DNA of 64,000 nt from Tubulanus polymorphus (taxonomy: Eukaryota; Animalia; Nemertea), in the NCBI RefSeq assembly GCF_964204645.1, contig NC_134032.1:682001-746000 (forward strand), written 5' to 3'. This document shows, one piece after another, positions 12,485 through 27,641 of this stretch. Below the pieces are notes generated by a model. The model was not told where the DNA came from and searched no databases. It was given only the letters and a program-made list of their open reading frames with translations. A program made the translations under genes and the position numbers. How positions within the stretch are numbered: the first letter of the stretch is position 1; every line of letters starts with the position of its first letter.

Positions 12485-14438
12485 GTTGTTTTTGGGCGTT
12501 TTCTAACTGTAGATTGTGCAGGCGTGACCTCCTCACGCGCGCGGGTCTCACGCGTCTTGCCATAAAGTTAAAACCACACGGCACTGATAACACGAAACAG
12601 CGATACAAATACAATACTTATCAAATGATGAATAGACATGCTTTGAGATCGCTTGTTCTGAACGGTGTCTCCTGGTGAGCAGGAGAACCTCTCTTCCACT
12701 GTCGACGCGGTTCCTAACGTGATACCGGCAAGGCTACTGTGCGAAGCGAGGATTCATTGATGATCCATAGGTGTCGCTAAGTGGTACGGGGTTTCCGCTA
12801 TTCAATGTCCTCGCACATTTTTTTTATTCGAGTAGACTTTTCCGATTATTAAATCAATTTTTAGTTAAATGAATACCATACCCTCCTGAACAAAATCTCA
12901 AGTAGAATACCCTGTAGTAAATTCGAGTCCGTTTGTCGTTTGGGCTGACTATACCAGGAAATATATAGTGGACTTCCGGAGCTTTCTCGGTAACTGATTG
13001 CTGTTAATGCTTGCTGTTGACTGAACTCACCTGACCAGTTTATTTTAGATGTCACATATCCCAGGAACAAAAACTGATTATAACTTATCCATGAGGCTTC
13101 TCTCGAGAATTGGCTGGTTAGACAAGTGAACCGATTAGGATACTTAGGTCGGGTTTAGGCTTTAAAACCGACACCGATTGGAACATCGTTACAGCAAACA
13201 GTACTCCGTATACAAAGTACGTTTTATCAAACGAGGTTAACGAAAATATAGATATCTACTTATTTTATTATATTATTATTATCATTATTATTATTACGAG
13301 CTACAATTTTGCAATTGATTGGTGGTAACAATCTTCATTTTCTTAAATCAATCATATCAATCCGGGTTTCTAATGTGATAAAGAAAAACCCATTAAAGCA
13401 GGTTTTTTGCGGCACGTTTTTTACTGCGAGGCCGCATGTTCGGTGAACTTTAGGGTTAAACGAATATGATACCTTGTTTCTCCGCACGGCCGGGTCATTT
13501 TTGTAAAATATGATAACATTTATAACCAGCACATTCCTATAGCTGACGGGTCTGTTACGGGTAAGATCGATCACGATTTGAAAAAAAAAACGTATTAATG
13601 TATAAGGTAGATAGGCGGCCAGCCGGGTCAACTTTACAGCTCAGCGGGGCGGAGAAACAAAGTATACATTTCTAGCCTTAGTGAAAATATATTCTCTTCT
13701 GCGTCTTTTAATGTTAATTTCATTAAAATCGATTGAAGTCAGTTTCGATACACTAGACCTGACCTAGTTGTCACTTAGTGGAAAAACTGGCGCGAATTTT
13801 AGGGCCGATCTTTCATCCTCGAGGGATCTATTAAAATAATAAACATTTAAATCCCCCATAATCGATCTATCGCTCTTGAACTACTGTCGTTCTAATAAAG
13901 GACAGTTCCATAAAAAATTCACACTCGACCAAAATTGAGTCCAATTTAAACAATTTTCTCTAATTCAAGACGCTTAGGCGCTACATCCTAGCAGGCGCAT
14001 AGCGCGCTTCGACAAAACGCAATCCGTGCATTTCGACTAAACTCTCTTTGAGACCGAACCGATATCGGATAACATAAAATTACAGGTCTGGTCTGGCGTT
14101 AGCGCAAGCGTCTGAAATTGGGCACCCTATATACCGTTAAAAATATGTATTTTACTTTGAAAAATATAGATAAATAGCTGAAGCACTGAATCCGGTGAAT
14201 ATTGTGGGGTCTGATCCCTTAACGACCTCCCCTGACCCCCAGGGGTAAAAGTTTTGATAGTAGCAGGTTTTTTTTCCTGAAAGCCCATCTCGTGTTACAT
14301 GAACCCGAATTTGTTACCAATTTCTAACATTCGGCGCCTATAGAAGTATTTTATGATGCGTTTTGCCGGCTGACTACGAGTAGCATTTCATTGTATACAC
14401 GTCGTTCTCGAACCCTAGAATCGGTTTAGACTTCGGTT

Positions 14439-16869
14439 CTAAATCGGGGGAGTCAATACAGTGTTTATATTGTAGAATCTCACTGAGTTCTGATCATCAC
14501 TGTTATCACGGTGATGGATAACTACAGTGTCACTGTCAAACACGTGATGTATGTCATATGTCACACTGTCTGTAGAGTTCAGTATTATACGCGGGTGATC
14601 TATAAACCCCTCATCATTATATCTGATACGGATAACAGCACCTCCGTTAACACGGTAATCAGAGTATACCGATAGCAATACTTGATTATCATTAATAACA
14701 CACGGGAATCCTGCATATGGAACAAATGTCAGTCCGCAATCGTTCATATAAATAAAACTGATCAATTCTGCTTCTGGTGTTAGATACAATAATCTGCGTG
14801 TACGCATACAGTAGATAAACATACGTCCCCGCGTGTCGACATCTAAACTGTCGATATTTAAGTAATCTCCATCCGGGAGCTGATATTTCTTCACTCGGCA
14901 TCTATCAATCAATCTGTTTACAGGGTTTTCTCGTAAAGGTAAAACATGAATGTCACTATCTCTATCTCCTGTCTGTATATAGATATTGTGATCACGGACC
15001 ACTAAGGATCCACAGACTCCAGGCGGGAGATCAGTGATATTTTCTTCGAAGAGTTTTTCCATATTTTTATATTTTCTCAGGATGTATTCACTGTTTTTCC
15101 ACACGACCACAAACAGAAACCCGTTATTATCAGTATCGAGTCCTTGTATCCTACCATCAATATCTATGTATCTCTGTATATTATCATCATTCACACTATA
15201 TATATAATCAGTCGAGCACCACTCCGCACATATAACACGTGACTGTTCACCCTCGTGTTCACCGGGTATTGACGTCATCAGGTGGGGTCTGAAATCTGTA
15301 TCTACCCGTTTATTGACCGTCAATGAATCGATTATTCCTACACGTAGCCGCGTGACGTCATCGATAAATCCCTCCAGTTTATCAATTCTCCCTATGACGT
15401 CCTCAGTAGATCGTTCCGCTCTATCCATTCTCTCTATGACATCATCAACAGATCCCTCCACATTTCCAATTCTCTCTTTGACGTCATCAGTAGATCTTTC
15501 CACTTTATATTTTCTCCGTATGAAGTCATCATTGATATTAGTCAGTTTTGTCTCCAATGCTTTAAGTTGTTGTTCAGTACAGAACCGGTTCAGCCTTTCT
15601 TCAAGTTGTTGTTCAGTACAGCATTGGTTCAGCCTCTCTTCAAGTTGTTGTTCAGTACAGAACCGGTTCAGCCTCTCTTCAAGTTGTTGTTCAGTGCAGA
15701 ACCGGTTCTGCCTCTCTTCAAGTTGTTGCTCAGTACAGAACCGGTTCAGCCTCTCTTCAACTGTTTCTATATTGTGTTTCAATTGACAGAATTGATTTTC
15801 TAAATTATCGTGAAACTGTCTGACATGTTCTATAAAAGAACTATGTCGTTCATCAATGTCTGATCGAACTGTTCGGGTTTCACTGATTGGCACACCTACT
15901 GAATTTACTTTATACAAATTATGTGCAGATGTCTGGTTTGAAGCGATCACATGAAGCCCCGACACTAATGAATGCGGGGCTTGTTGAAGATGTGTTTTTA
16001 AGTTTCGCGCTGTTTCATCGTCTGAGCATTTAACGATAAACACATGAATCGCTGGACAGTGATTAAACCCGATATGATGATTCGGTATCTCTACACCAGG
16101 GGGCGCTTCTCTCCATTCTAGTTTCACCTGGAATTGAAAAATATAGTTATATTAAGGGTGAAACTTAAGGGGGGGTTGCTGATACAATTTCATCGGAACT
16201 TATTGCAGCTCGAGCGCAGCATGATCGGGGAGGCGGAGGTTTAACCCCCAGAAAGTTTTTAGAATTTTGCTGCTTTTAAAAATGATTTCCTGCAATCTCG
16301 GAACAGTAACGGAACTCGGTTGGCTTCATGCCGTAGTAAATAAGACACAAGATACGATCAGGGTGGAATTTTTCCGGGGGGAGAGGGGTGCACCAACTGC
16401 ACCTGCCCCCCCCCCCACCTACGGTACTGAAATTGTTTGCTGTACGAGACTAGAATTGTTGGATTCTTGATATTCGTATTCTGCGAATCGGGGTCTGGGT
16501 TTGGTATATTATCAACTCTAAATTTTTATTCAACATTCAAGTAAAGAAATCAGACATATTTCTATCGGGTCCGAACGATGTATTGTTTACCTCGTCAAAC
16601 GGCATCATTTGTACATTTATAACTTGTTCCGTATAGATCGATTTCAGTTCACATTTTATGTGGTTCTCTAATTCTTCTGTCCACATCTGTATCGGTAGTT
16701 GTAATTGATCACCAGCAGTAGCGATCAGATCACATTCTAAATCGAACAACGGTTGAAAGTAATAATTCTGTATTGTTCTGTAGTCGTTGTCGTGATCCGA
16801 CCAAACACCGATCTTGCGACCACGATAAGAAACTGCGAGCTCGAATCTGTACGTAGAATTAGACGCCAT
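14439..16869 (-). CDS. Array gene copy 4; exons 16869-16591 and 16127-14439 (~655 aa; 5 x 13-aa repeat)
   Basis: Conserved splice signals; intact ORFs. Confidence 0.85.
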
Positions 16870-18900
16870 GTTGTTTTTGGGCGTTTTCTAACTGTAGATT
16901 GTGCAGGCGTGACCTCCTCACGCGCGCGGGTCTCACGCGTCTTGCCATAAAGTTAAAACCACACGGCACTGATAACACGAAACAGCGATACAAATACAAT
17001 ACTTATCAAATGATGAATAGACATGCTTTGAGATCGCTTGTTCTGAACGGTGTCTCCTGGTGAGCAGGAGAACCTCTCTTCCACTGTCGACGCGGTTCCT
17101 AACGTGATACCGGCAAGGCTACTGTGCGAAGCGAGGATTCATTGATGATCCATAGGTGTCGCTAAGTGGTACGGGGTTTCCGCTATTCAATGTCCTCCCA
17201 CATTTTTTTTATTCGAGTAGACTTTTACGATTATTAAATCAATTTTTAGTTAAATGAATACCATACCCTCCTGAACAAAATCTCAAGTAGAATACCCTGT
17301 AATAAATTCGAGTCCGTTTGTCGTTTGGGCTGACTATACCAGGAAATATAGTGGACTTCGGAGCTTTCTCGGTAACTGATTGCTGTTAATGCTTGCTGTT
17401 GACTGAACTCACCTGACCAGTTTATTTTAGATGTCACATATCCCAGGGACAATAACTGATTATAACTTATCCATGAAGCTTCTCTCGAGAATTGGTTGGT
17501 AAGACAAGTGAACCGATTAGGATACTTAGGTCGGGTTTAGGCTTTAAAACCGACACAGATTGGAACATCGTTACAGCAAACAGTACTCCTATACCAAGTA
17601 CGTTTTATCAAACTAGGTTAACGAAAATATAGATATCTACTTATTTTATTATATTATTATTATCATTATTATTATTACGAGCTACAATTTTGCAATTGAT
17701 TGGTGGTAACAATCTTCATTTTCTTAAATCAATCATATCAATCCGGGTTTCTAATGTGATAAAGAAAAACCCATTAAAGCAGGTTTTTTTGCGGCACGTT
17801 TTTTACTGCGAGGCCGCATGTTCGGTGAACTTTAGGGTTAAACGAATATGATACCTTGTTTCTCCGCACGGCCGGGTCATTTTTGAAAAATATGATAACA
17901 TTTATAACCAGCACATTCCTATAGCTGACGGGTCTGTTACGGGTAAGATCGATCACGATTTCAAAAGAAAAGTAATGTACAGGGTAGATAGGCGGCCAGC
18001 AGGGTCAACTTTACAGCTCAGCGGGGCGGAGAAACAAGGTATCAATTTTCTTTTTAGCCTAACTTCAAATATTTTTTACAATTCTAGTTTATTTATAATT
18101 TCAATAAAGAATCATCTGACAAAGGTATACATTTCTAGCCTTAGTGAAAATATATTCTCTTCTGCGTCTTTTAATGTTAGTTTCATTAAAATCGATTGAA
18201 GTCAGTTTCGATACACTAGACCTGATCTAGTTGTCACTTAGTGGAAAAACTGGCGCGAATTTTAGGGCCGATCTTTCATCCTCGAGGGATCTATTAAAAT
18301 AATAAACATTTAAATCCCCCATAATCGATCTATCGCTCTTGAACTACTGTCGTTCTAATAAAGGACAGTTCCATAAAAAATTCACACTCGACCAAAATTG
18401 AGTCCAATTTAAACAATTTTCTCTAATTCAAGACGCTTAGGCGCTACATCCTAGCAGGCGCATAGCGCGCTTCGACAAAACGCAATCCGTGCATTTCGAC
18501 TAAACTCTCTTTGAGACTGAACCGATATCGGATAACATAAAATTACAGGTCTGGTCTGGCGTTAGCGCAAGCGTCTGAAATTGGGCACCCTATATACCCT
18601 TAAAAATATGTATTTTACTTTGAAAAATATAGATAAAAAGCTGAAGCACTGAATCCGGTGAATATTGTGGGGTCTGATCCCTTAACGACCTCCCCTGACC
18701 CCCAGGGGTAAAAGTTTTGATAGTAACAGGTTTTTTTTCTGAAAGCCCATCTCGTGTTACATGAACCCGAATTTGTTACCAATTTCTAACATTCCGCGCC
18801 TATAGAAGTATTTTATGATGCGTTTTGCCGGCGGACTACGAGTAGCATTTCATTGTATACACGTCGTTCTCGAACTCTAGAATCGGTTTAGACTTCGGTT

Positions 18901-21245
18901 CTAAATCGGGGGAGTTAATACAGTGTTTATATTGTAGAATCTCAGTGAGTTCTGATCATCACTGTTATCACGGTGTCGGATAACTACAGTGTTACTATTT
19001 AACACGTGATGTATGCGATACGTCATACTGTCTGTAGAGTTCAGTATTATACGCGGGTGATCTATAAACCCCACATCATTATATCTGATACTGATAACAG
19101 CACCTCTGTTAACACTGTTATCAGAGTATACCGATAGCAATACTTGATTATCATTAATGACACACGGGGATCCTGCATATGGATCAAATGTCAGTCCGCA
19201 ATCGTGCATATAAATAAAACTGATCAGTTCTGCTTCTGCTGTTAGAAACAATAATCTGCGTGTACGCATACAGTAGATAAATATACGTCCCCGCGTGTCC
19301 ACATCGAAACTGTTGATATACTTGTAACCTCCACCCGGGAGCTGATATTTCTTCACTCGATTTCTATCAATCAATTTGTTTTCAGGATTTTCTCGTAAAC
19401 GTAAAACACGAATGACACTACCTGTCTGTATAAAGATATTGTGATCACGGACCACTAAGGATGCACAGACTCCAGACATGAGATCAGAGATATTTTCTTC
19501 GAAGAGTTTTCTCTGATTTTTATATTTTCTCAGGATGAATTCACTGTTTTTCCCCACGACCACAAACAGAAACCCGTTACTATCAGCAGCGAGTCCTTGT
19601 ATCCAACCATCAATCTCTATGTATCTCTGTATATTATCATCATTCACACTATATATATAATCAGTGGAGCCCCAGTCCGCACATATAACACGTGACTGTT
19701 CACCCTCGTGTTCACCGGGTATTGACGTCACCAGGCCGAGGAAGTCTGTATCTACCTGTTTATTGACCGTCAATGAATCGATTATTCCTACACGTAACCG
19801 CGTGACGTCATCGATACATCCCTCCAGTTTATCAATTCTCCCTATGACGTCCTCAGTAGATCGTTCCGCTCTATCCATTCTCTCTATGACATCATCAACA
19901 GATCCCTCCACATTTCCAATTCTCTCTTTGACGTCATCAGTAGATCTTTCCACTTTATAATTTCTCCGTATGACGTCATCATTGATATTAGTCAGTTTTG
20001 TCTCCAATGCTTTAAGTTGCTGTTCAGTACAGCATTGGTTCAGCCTCTCTTCAAGTTGTTGTTCAGTACAGAACCGGTTCAGCCTCTCTTCAAGTTGTTG
20101 TTCAGTACAGAACCGGTTCAGCCTCTCTTCAACTGTTTCTATATTGTGTTTCAATTGACAGAATTGATTTTCTAAATTATCGTGAAACTGTCTGACATGT
20201 TCTATAAAAGAACTATGTCGTTCATCAATGTCTGATCGAACTGTTCGGGTTTCACTGATCGGCACACCTACTGAATTTACTTTATACAAATTATGTGCAG
20301 ATGTCTGGTTTGAAGCGATCACATGAAGCCCCGACACTAATGAATGCGGGGCTTGTTGAAGATGTGTTTTTAAGTTTCGCGCTGTTTCATCGTCTGAGCA
20401 TTTAACGATAAACACATGAATCGCTGGACAGTGATTAAACCCGATATGATGATTCGGTATCTCTACACCAGGGGGCGCTTCTCTCCATTCTAGTTTCACC
20501 TGGAATTGAAAAATATAGTTATATTAAGGGTGAAACTTAAGGGGGGGTTGCTGATACAATTTCATCGGAACTTATTGCAGCTCGAGCGCTGTAGGCATGA
20601 TCGGGGAGGCGGAGGTTTAACCCCCAGAAAGTTTTTAGAATTTTGCTGCTTTTAAAAATGATTTCCTGCAATCTCGGAACAGTAACGGAACTCGGTTGGC
20701 TTCATGCCGTAGTAAATAAGACATAGATACGATCAGGGTGGAATTTTTCCGGGGGGAGAGGGGTGCACCAACTGCACCTGTCCCCCCCCCCCACCTACGG
20801 TACTGAAATTGTTTGCTGTACGAGACTAGAATTGTTGGATTCTTGATATTCGTATTCTGCGAATCGGGGTCTGGGTTTGGTATATTATCAACTCTAAATT
20901 TTTATTCAACATTCAAGTAAAGAAATCAGACATATTTCTATCGGGTCCGAACGATGTATTGTTTACCTCGTCAAACGGCATCATTTGTACATTTATAACT
21001 TGTTCCGTATAGATCGATTTCAGTTCACATTTTATGTGGTTCTCTAATTCTTCTGTCCACATCTGTATCGGTAGTTGTAATTGATCACCAGCAGTAGCGA
21101 TCAGATCACATTCTAAATCGAACAACGGTTGAAAGTAATAATTCTGTATTGTTCTGTAGTCGTTGTCGTGATCCGACCAAACACCGATCTTGCGACCACG
21201 ATAAGAAACTGCGAGCTCGAATCTGTACGTAGAATTAGACGCCAT
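18901..21245 (-). CDS. Array gene copy 5; exons 21245-20967 and 20499-18901 (~625 aa; 3 x 13-aa repeat)
   Basis: Conserved splice signals; intact ORFs. Confidence 0.85.
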
Positions 21246-23279
21246 GTTGTTTTTGGGCGTTTTCTAACTGTAGATTGTGCAGGCGTGACCTCCTCACGCG
21301 CGCGGGTCTCACGCGTCTTGCCATAAAGTTAAAACCACACGGCACTGATAACACGAAACAGCGATACAAATACAATACTTATCAAATGATGAATAGACAT
21401 GCTTTGAGATCGCTTGTTCTGAACGGTGTCTCCTGGTGAGCAGGAGAACCTCTCTTCCAGTGTCGACGCGGTTCCTAACGTGATACCGGCAAGGCTACTG
21501 TGCGAAGCGAGGATTCATTGATGATCCATAGGTGTCGCTAAGTGGTACGGGGTTTCCGCTATTCAATGTCCTCGCACATTTTTTTTATTCGAGTAGACTT
21601 TTCCGATTATTAAAATCAATTTTTAGTTAAATGAATACCATACCCTCCTGAACAAAATCTCAAGTAGAATACCCTGTAATAAATTCGAGTCCGATTGTCG
21701 TTTGGGCTGACTATACCAGGAAATATATAGTGGACTTCCGGAGCTTTCTCGGTAACTGATTGCTGTTTATGCTCGCTGTTGACTGAACTCACCTGACCAG
21801 TTTATTTTAGATGTCACATATCCCAGGGACAATAACTGATTATAACTTATCCATGAGACTTCTCTCGAGAATTGGCTGCTTAGACAAGTGAACCGATTAG
21901 GATACTTAGGTCGGGTTTAGGCTTTAAAACCGACACAGATTGGAACATCGTTACAGCAAACAGTACTCCGTATACCAAGTACGTTTTATCAAACGAGGTT
22001 AACGAAAATATAGATATCTACTTATTTTATTATATTATTATTATCATTATTATTATTACGAGCTACAATTTTGCAATTGATTGGTGGTAACAATCTTCAT
22101 TTTCTTAAATCAATCATATCAATCCGGGTTTCTAATGTGATAAAGAAAAACCCATTGAAGCAGGTTTTTGCGGCACGTTTTTTACTGCGAGGCCGCATGT
22201 TCGATGTACTTAAGGGTTAAACGAATATGATACCTTGTTTCTCCGCACGGCCGGGTCATTTTTGAAAAATATGATAAAATTTATAACCAGCACATTCCTA
22301 TAGCTGACGGGTCTGTTACGGGTAAGATCGATCACGATTTCAAAAGAAAAGTAATGTACAGGGTAGATAGGCGGCCAGCAGGGTCAACTTTACAGCTCAG
22401 CGGGGCGGAGAAACAAGGTATCAATTTTCTTTTTAGCCTAACTTCAAATATTTTTTACAATTCTAGTTTATTTATAATTTCAATAAAGAATCATCTGACA
22501 AAGGTATACATTTCTAGCCTTAGTGAAAATATATTCTCTTCTGCGTCTTTTAATGTTAGTTTCATTAAAATCGATTGAAGTCAGTTTCGATACACTAGAC
22601 CTGACCTAGTTGTCACTTAGTGGAAAAACTGGCGCGAATTTTAGGGCCGATTTTTCATCCTCGAGGGATCTATTAAAATAATAAACATTTAAATCCCCCA
22701 TAATCGATCTATCGCTCTAGAACTACTGTCGTTCTAATAAAGGACAGTTCCATAAAAAATTCACACTCGACCAAAATTGAGTCCAATTTAAACAATTTTC
22801 TCTAATTCAAGACGCTTAGGCGCTACATCCTAGCAGGCGCATAGCGCGCTTCGACAAAACGCAATCCGTGCATTTCGACTAAACTCTCTTTGAGACTGAA
22901 CCGATATCGGATAACATAAAATTACAGGTCTGGTCTGGCGTTAGCGCAAGCGTCTGAAATTGGGCACCCTATATACCCTTCAAAATATGTATTTTACTTT
23001 GAAAAATATAGATAAATAGCTGAAGCACTGAATCCGGTGAATATTGTGGGGTCTGATCCCTTAACGACCTCCCCTGACCCCCAGGGGTAAAAGTTTTGAT
23101 AGTAACAGGTTTTTTTTCTGAAAGCCCATCTCGTGTTACATGAACCCGAGTTTGTTACCAATTTCTAACATTCGGCGCCTATAGAAGTATTTTATGATGC
23201 GTTTTGCCGGCGGACTACGAGTAGCATTTCATTGTATACACGTCGTTCTCGAACTCTAGAATCGGTTTAGACTTCGGCT

Positions 23280-25610
23280 CTAAATCGGGGGAGTTAATAC
23301 AGTGTTTATATTGTAGAATCTCAGTGACTTCTGATCATCACTGTTATCCCAGTGTCGGATAGCTACAGTGTTACTGTTTAACACGTGATGTATGTCACAT
23401 GTCACACAGTCTGTAGAGTTCAGTATTATACGCGGGTGATCTATAAACCCCTGATTATTATATCTGATACTGATAACAGCACCTCTGTTAACACAGGGAT
23501 CAGAGCATACCGATAGTAATATACGATCATCATTAATAACACACGGGTGTCCTGCACATGGATTAAATTCTAGTGCACAATCGTTCATATTGATAAAACT
23601 AATCTCGTTCGCATCTGCTGTTAGAAACAGTAATCTATGAGTCGTTTCACAGTAAAGAAACATCCGTCCCTTTGAATCGACATCGAAACAGTTGATATTA
23701 CCGTAACCTCCATCCGGGAGCTGATATTTCTTCACTCGATTTCTATTTATCAAACTGTTAACAGGGTTTTCTAATAAACGTAAAACATGAACGTCTCTTC
23801 CTAACTGTATATAGATATTGTAATCACGGATCACTAAGGATACACAGACTCCAGGCAGGAGATCATTGATATTTTCTTCAAACAGTTTTTGCTTATCTTT
23901 ATATTTTCTCAGGATGAATTTCCTATTTTTTTTTACGAGCGCAAACAGATCCCCGTTACTATCAGTAGCGAGTCCTTTTACACCACCGCCATCAATCTTT
24001 ATGTATCTATCAAATTCATCATCATCATAATCATAATCATCGTCATCATTCATGCAATATATATAATTAGTGGCGCTGAACTCGGCACATATAACACGTG
24101 ACTGTTCACCCGCATGTTCACCAGGTAGTGACGTCATCAGGTCGGGTGTGAAGTCTGTATCTATCAGTTTACTGATCATCAATGGCGCGCATTCTACACG
24201 TAGCCGCGTGACGTCATCAATATGTATCTCTAATTCATCAATTCTCCTTTTGACATCATCAGTAATTTTGGATAGTTTTGCCCCCATATCATCATTGATA
24301 TTGGTCAGTTTTTCCTCAAGTTGTTGTTCAGTACAGCACCGGTTCAGCCTGATCTCTTCAAGTTGCTGTTCAGTACAGAACCGGTTCAGCCTCTCTTCAA
24401 GTTGTTGCTCAGTGCAGAACCGGTTCAGCCTCTCTTCAAGTTGCTGTTCAGTACAGAACCGGTTCAGCCTCTCTTCAAGTTGTTGTTCAGTGCAGCACCG
24501 GTTCAGCTTCTCTTCAACTGTTTCTATATTGTGTTTCAATTGACAGAATTGATTTTCTAGATTATCGTGAAACTGTCTGACATGTTCTATAAAAGAACTA
24601 TGTCGTTCATCAATGTCTGATCGAACTGTTCGGGTTTCACTGATCGACACACCTACTGAATTTACTTTATACAAATTATGTGCAGATGCCTGGTTTGAAG
24701 CGATCACATGAAGCCCCGACACTAATGAATGCGGGGCTTGTTGAAGATGTGTTTTTAAGTTTTGCGCTGTTTCATCGTCTGAGCATTTAACGATAAACAC
24801 ATGAATCGCTGGACAGTGATTAAACCCGATATGATGATTCGGTATCTCTACACCAGGGGGCGCTTCTCTCCATTCTAGTTTCACCTGGAATTGAAAAATA
24901 TAGTTATATTAAGGGTGAAACTTAAGGGGGGGGTGCTGATACAATTTTCATCTGATTTATTGCAGCTCGAGCGCTGTAGGCATGATCGGGGAGGCGGAGG
25001 TTTAACCCCCAGAAAGTTTTTAGAATTTTGCTGCTTTTAAAAATGATTTCCTGCAATCTCGGAACAGTAACGGAACTCGGTTGGCTTCATGCCGTAGTAA
25101 ATAAGACATAAGATACGATCAGGGTGGAATTTTTCCGGGGGGAGAGGGGTGCACCAACTGCACCTGCCCCCCCCCCACCTACGGAACTGAAATTGTTTGC
25201 TGTACGAGACTAGAATTGTTGGATTCTTGATATTCGTATTCTGCGAATCGGTCTGGGTTTGGTATATTATTCAACATTCAAGTAAAGAAATCAGACATAT
25301 TTCTATCGGGTCCGAACGATGTATTGTTTACCTCGTCAAACGGCATCATTTGTACATTTATAACTTGTTCCGTATAGATCGCTTTCAGTTTTACTTCGAT
25401 AATAGTCTCTAATTCTTCTGTCCACATCTGTATCGGTAGTTGTAATTGATTACCAGCAGTAGCGATCAGATCACATTCTAAATCGAACAACGGTTGAAAG
25501 TAATAATTCTGTATTGTTCTGTAGTCGTTGTCGTGATCCGACCAAACACCGATCTTGCGACCACGATAAGAAACTGCGAGCTCGAATCTGTACGTAGAAT
25601 TAGACGCCAT
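23280..25610 (-). CDS. Array gene copy 6 (most divergent; shortened stalk, acidic loop insertion); exons 25610-25332 and 24884-23280 (~627 aa; 5 x 13-aa repeat)
   Basis: Conserved splice signals; ORF intact despite many substitutions and in-frame indels. Confidence 0.85.
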
Positions 25611-27641
25611 GTTGTTTTTGGGCGTTTTCTAACTGTAGATTGTGCAGGCGTGACCTCCTCACGCGCGCGGGTCTCACGCGTCTTGCCATAAAGTTAAAAC
25701 CACACGGCACTGATAACACGAAACAGCGATACAAATACAATACTCATCAAATGATGAATAGACATGCTTTGAGATCGCTTGTTCTGAACGGTGTCTCCTG
25801 GTGAGCAGGAGAACCTCTCTTCCAGTGTCGACGCGGTTCCTAACGTGATACCGGCAAGGCTACTGTGCGAAGCGAGGATTCATTGATGATCCATAGGTGT
25901 CGCTAAGTGGTACGGGGTTTCCGCTATTCAATGTCCTCCCACATTTTTTTTATTCGAGTAGACTTTTACGATTATTAAATCAATTTTTAGTTAAATGAAT
26001 ACCATACCCTCCTGAACAAAATCTCAAGTAGAATACCCTGTAGTAAATTCGAGTCCGTTTGTCGTTTGGGCTGACTATACCAGGAAATATATAGTGGACT
26101 TCGGAGCTTTCTCGGTAACTGATTGCTGTTAATGCTTGCTGTTGACTGAACTAACCTGACCAGTTTATTTTAGATGTCACATATCCCAGGGACAATAACT
26201 GATTATAACTTATCCATGAAGCTTCTCTCGAGAATTGGCTGGTTAGACAAGTGAACCGATTAGGATACTTAGGTCGGGTTTAGGCTTTAAAACCGACACA
26301 GATTGGAACATCGTTACAGCAAACAGTACTCCGTATACCAAGTACGTTTTATCAAACGAGGTTAACGAAAATATAGATATCTACTTATTTTATTATATTA
26401 TTATTATAATAATTATTACGAGCTACAATTTTGCAATTGATTGGTGGTAACAATCTTCATTTTCTTAAATCAATCATATCAATCCGGGTTTCTAATGTGA
26501 TAAAGAAAAACCCATAAAAGCAGGTTTTTGCGGCACGTTTTTTACTGCGAGGCCGCATGTTCGATGTACTTAAGGGTTAAACGAATATGATACCTTGTTT
26601 CTCCGCAGCGGCCGGGTCATTTTTGTAAAATATGATAAAATTTATAACCAGCACATTCCTATAGCTGACGGGTCTGTTACGGGTAAGATCGATCACGATT
26701 TCAAAAGAAAAGTAATGTACAGGGTAGATAGGCGGCCAGCCGGGTCAACTTTACAGCTCAGCGGGGCGGAGAAACAAGGTATCAATTTTCTTTTTAGCCT
26801 AACTTCAAATATTTTTTACAATTCTAGTTTATTTATAATTTCAATAAAGAATCATCTGACAAAGGTATACATTTCTAGCCTTAGTGAAAATATATTCTCT
26901 TCTGCGTCTTTTAATGTTAGTTTCATTAAAATCGATTGAAGTCAGTTTCGATACACTAGACCTGACCTAGTTGTCACTTAGTGGAAAAACTGGCGCGAAT
27001 TTTTGGGCCGATCTTTCATCCTCGAGGGATCTATTAAAATAGTAAACATTTAAATCCCCCATAATCGATCTATCGCTCTTGAACTACTGTCGTTCTGATA
27101 AAGGACAGTTCCATAAAAAATTCACACTCGACCAAAATTGAGTCCAATTTAAACAATTTTCTCTAATTCAAGACGCTTAGGCGCTACATCCTAGCAGGCG
27201 CATAGCGCGCTTCGACAAAACGCAATCCGTGCATTTCGACTAAACTCTCTTTGAGACTGAACCGATATCGGATAACATAAAATTACAGGTCTGGTCTGGC
27301 GTTAGCGCAAGCGTCTGAAATTGGGCACCCTATATACCCTTCAAAATATGTATTTTACTTTGAAAAATATAGATAAAAAGCTGAAGCACTGAATCCAGTG
27401 AATATTGTGGGGTCTGATCCCTTAACGACCTCCCCTGACCCCCAGGGGTAAAAGTTTTGATAGTAGCAGGTTTTTTTTCCTGAAAGCCCATCTCGTGTTA
27501 CATGAACCCGAATTTGTTACCAATTTCTAACATTCCGCGCCTATAGAAGTATTTTATGATGCGTTTTGCCGGCGGACTACGAGTAGCATTTCATTGTATA
27601 CACGTCGTTCTGGAACCCTAGAATCGGTTTAGAATTCGGCT

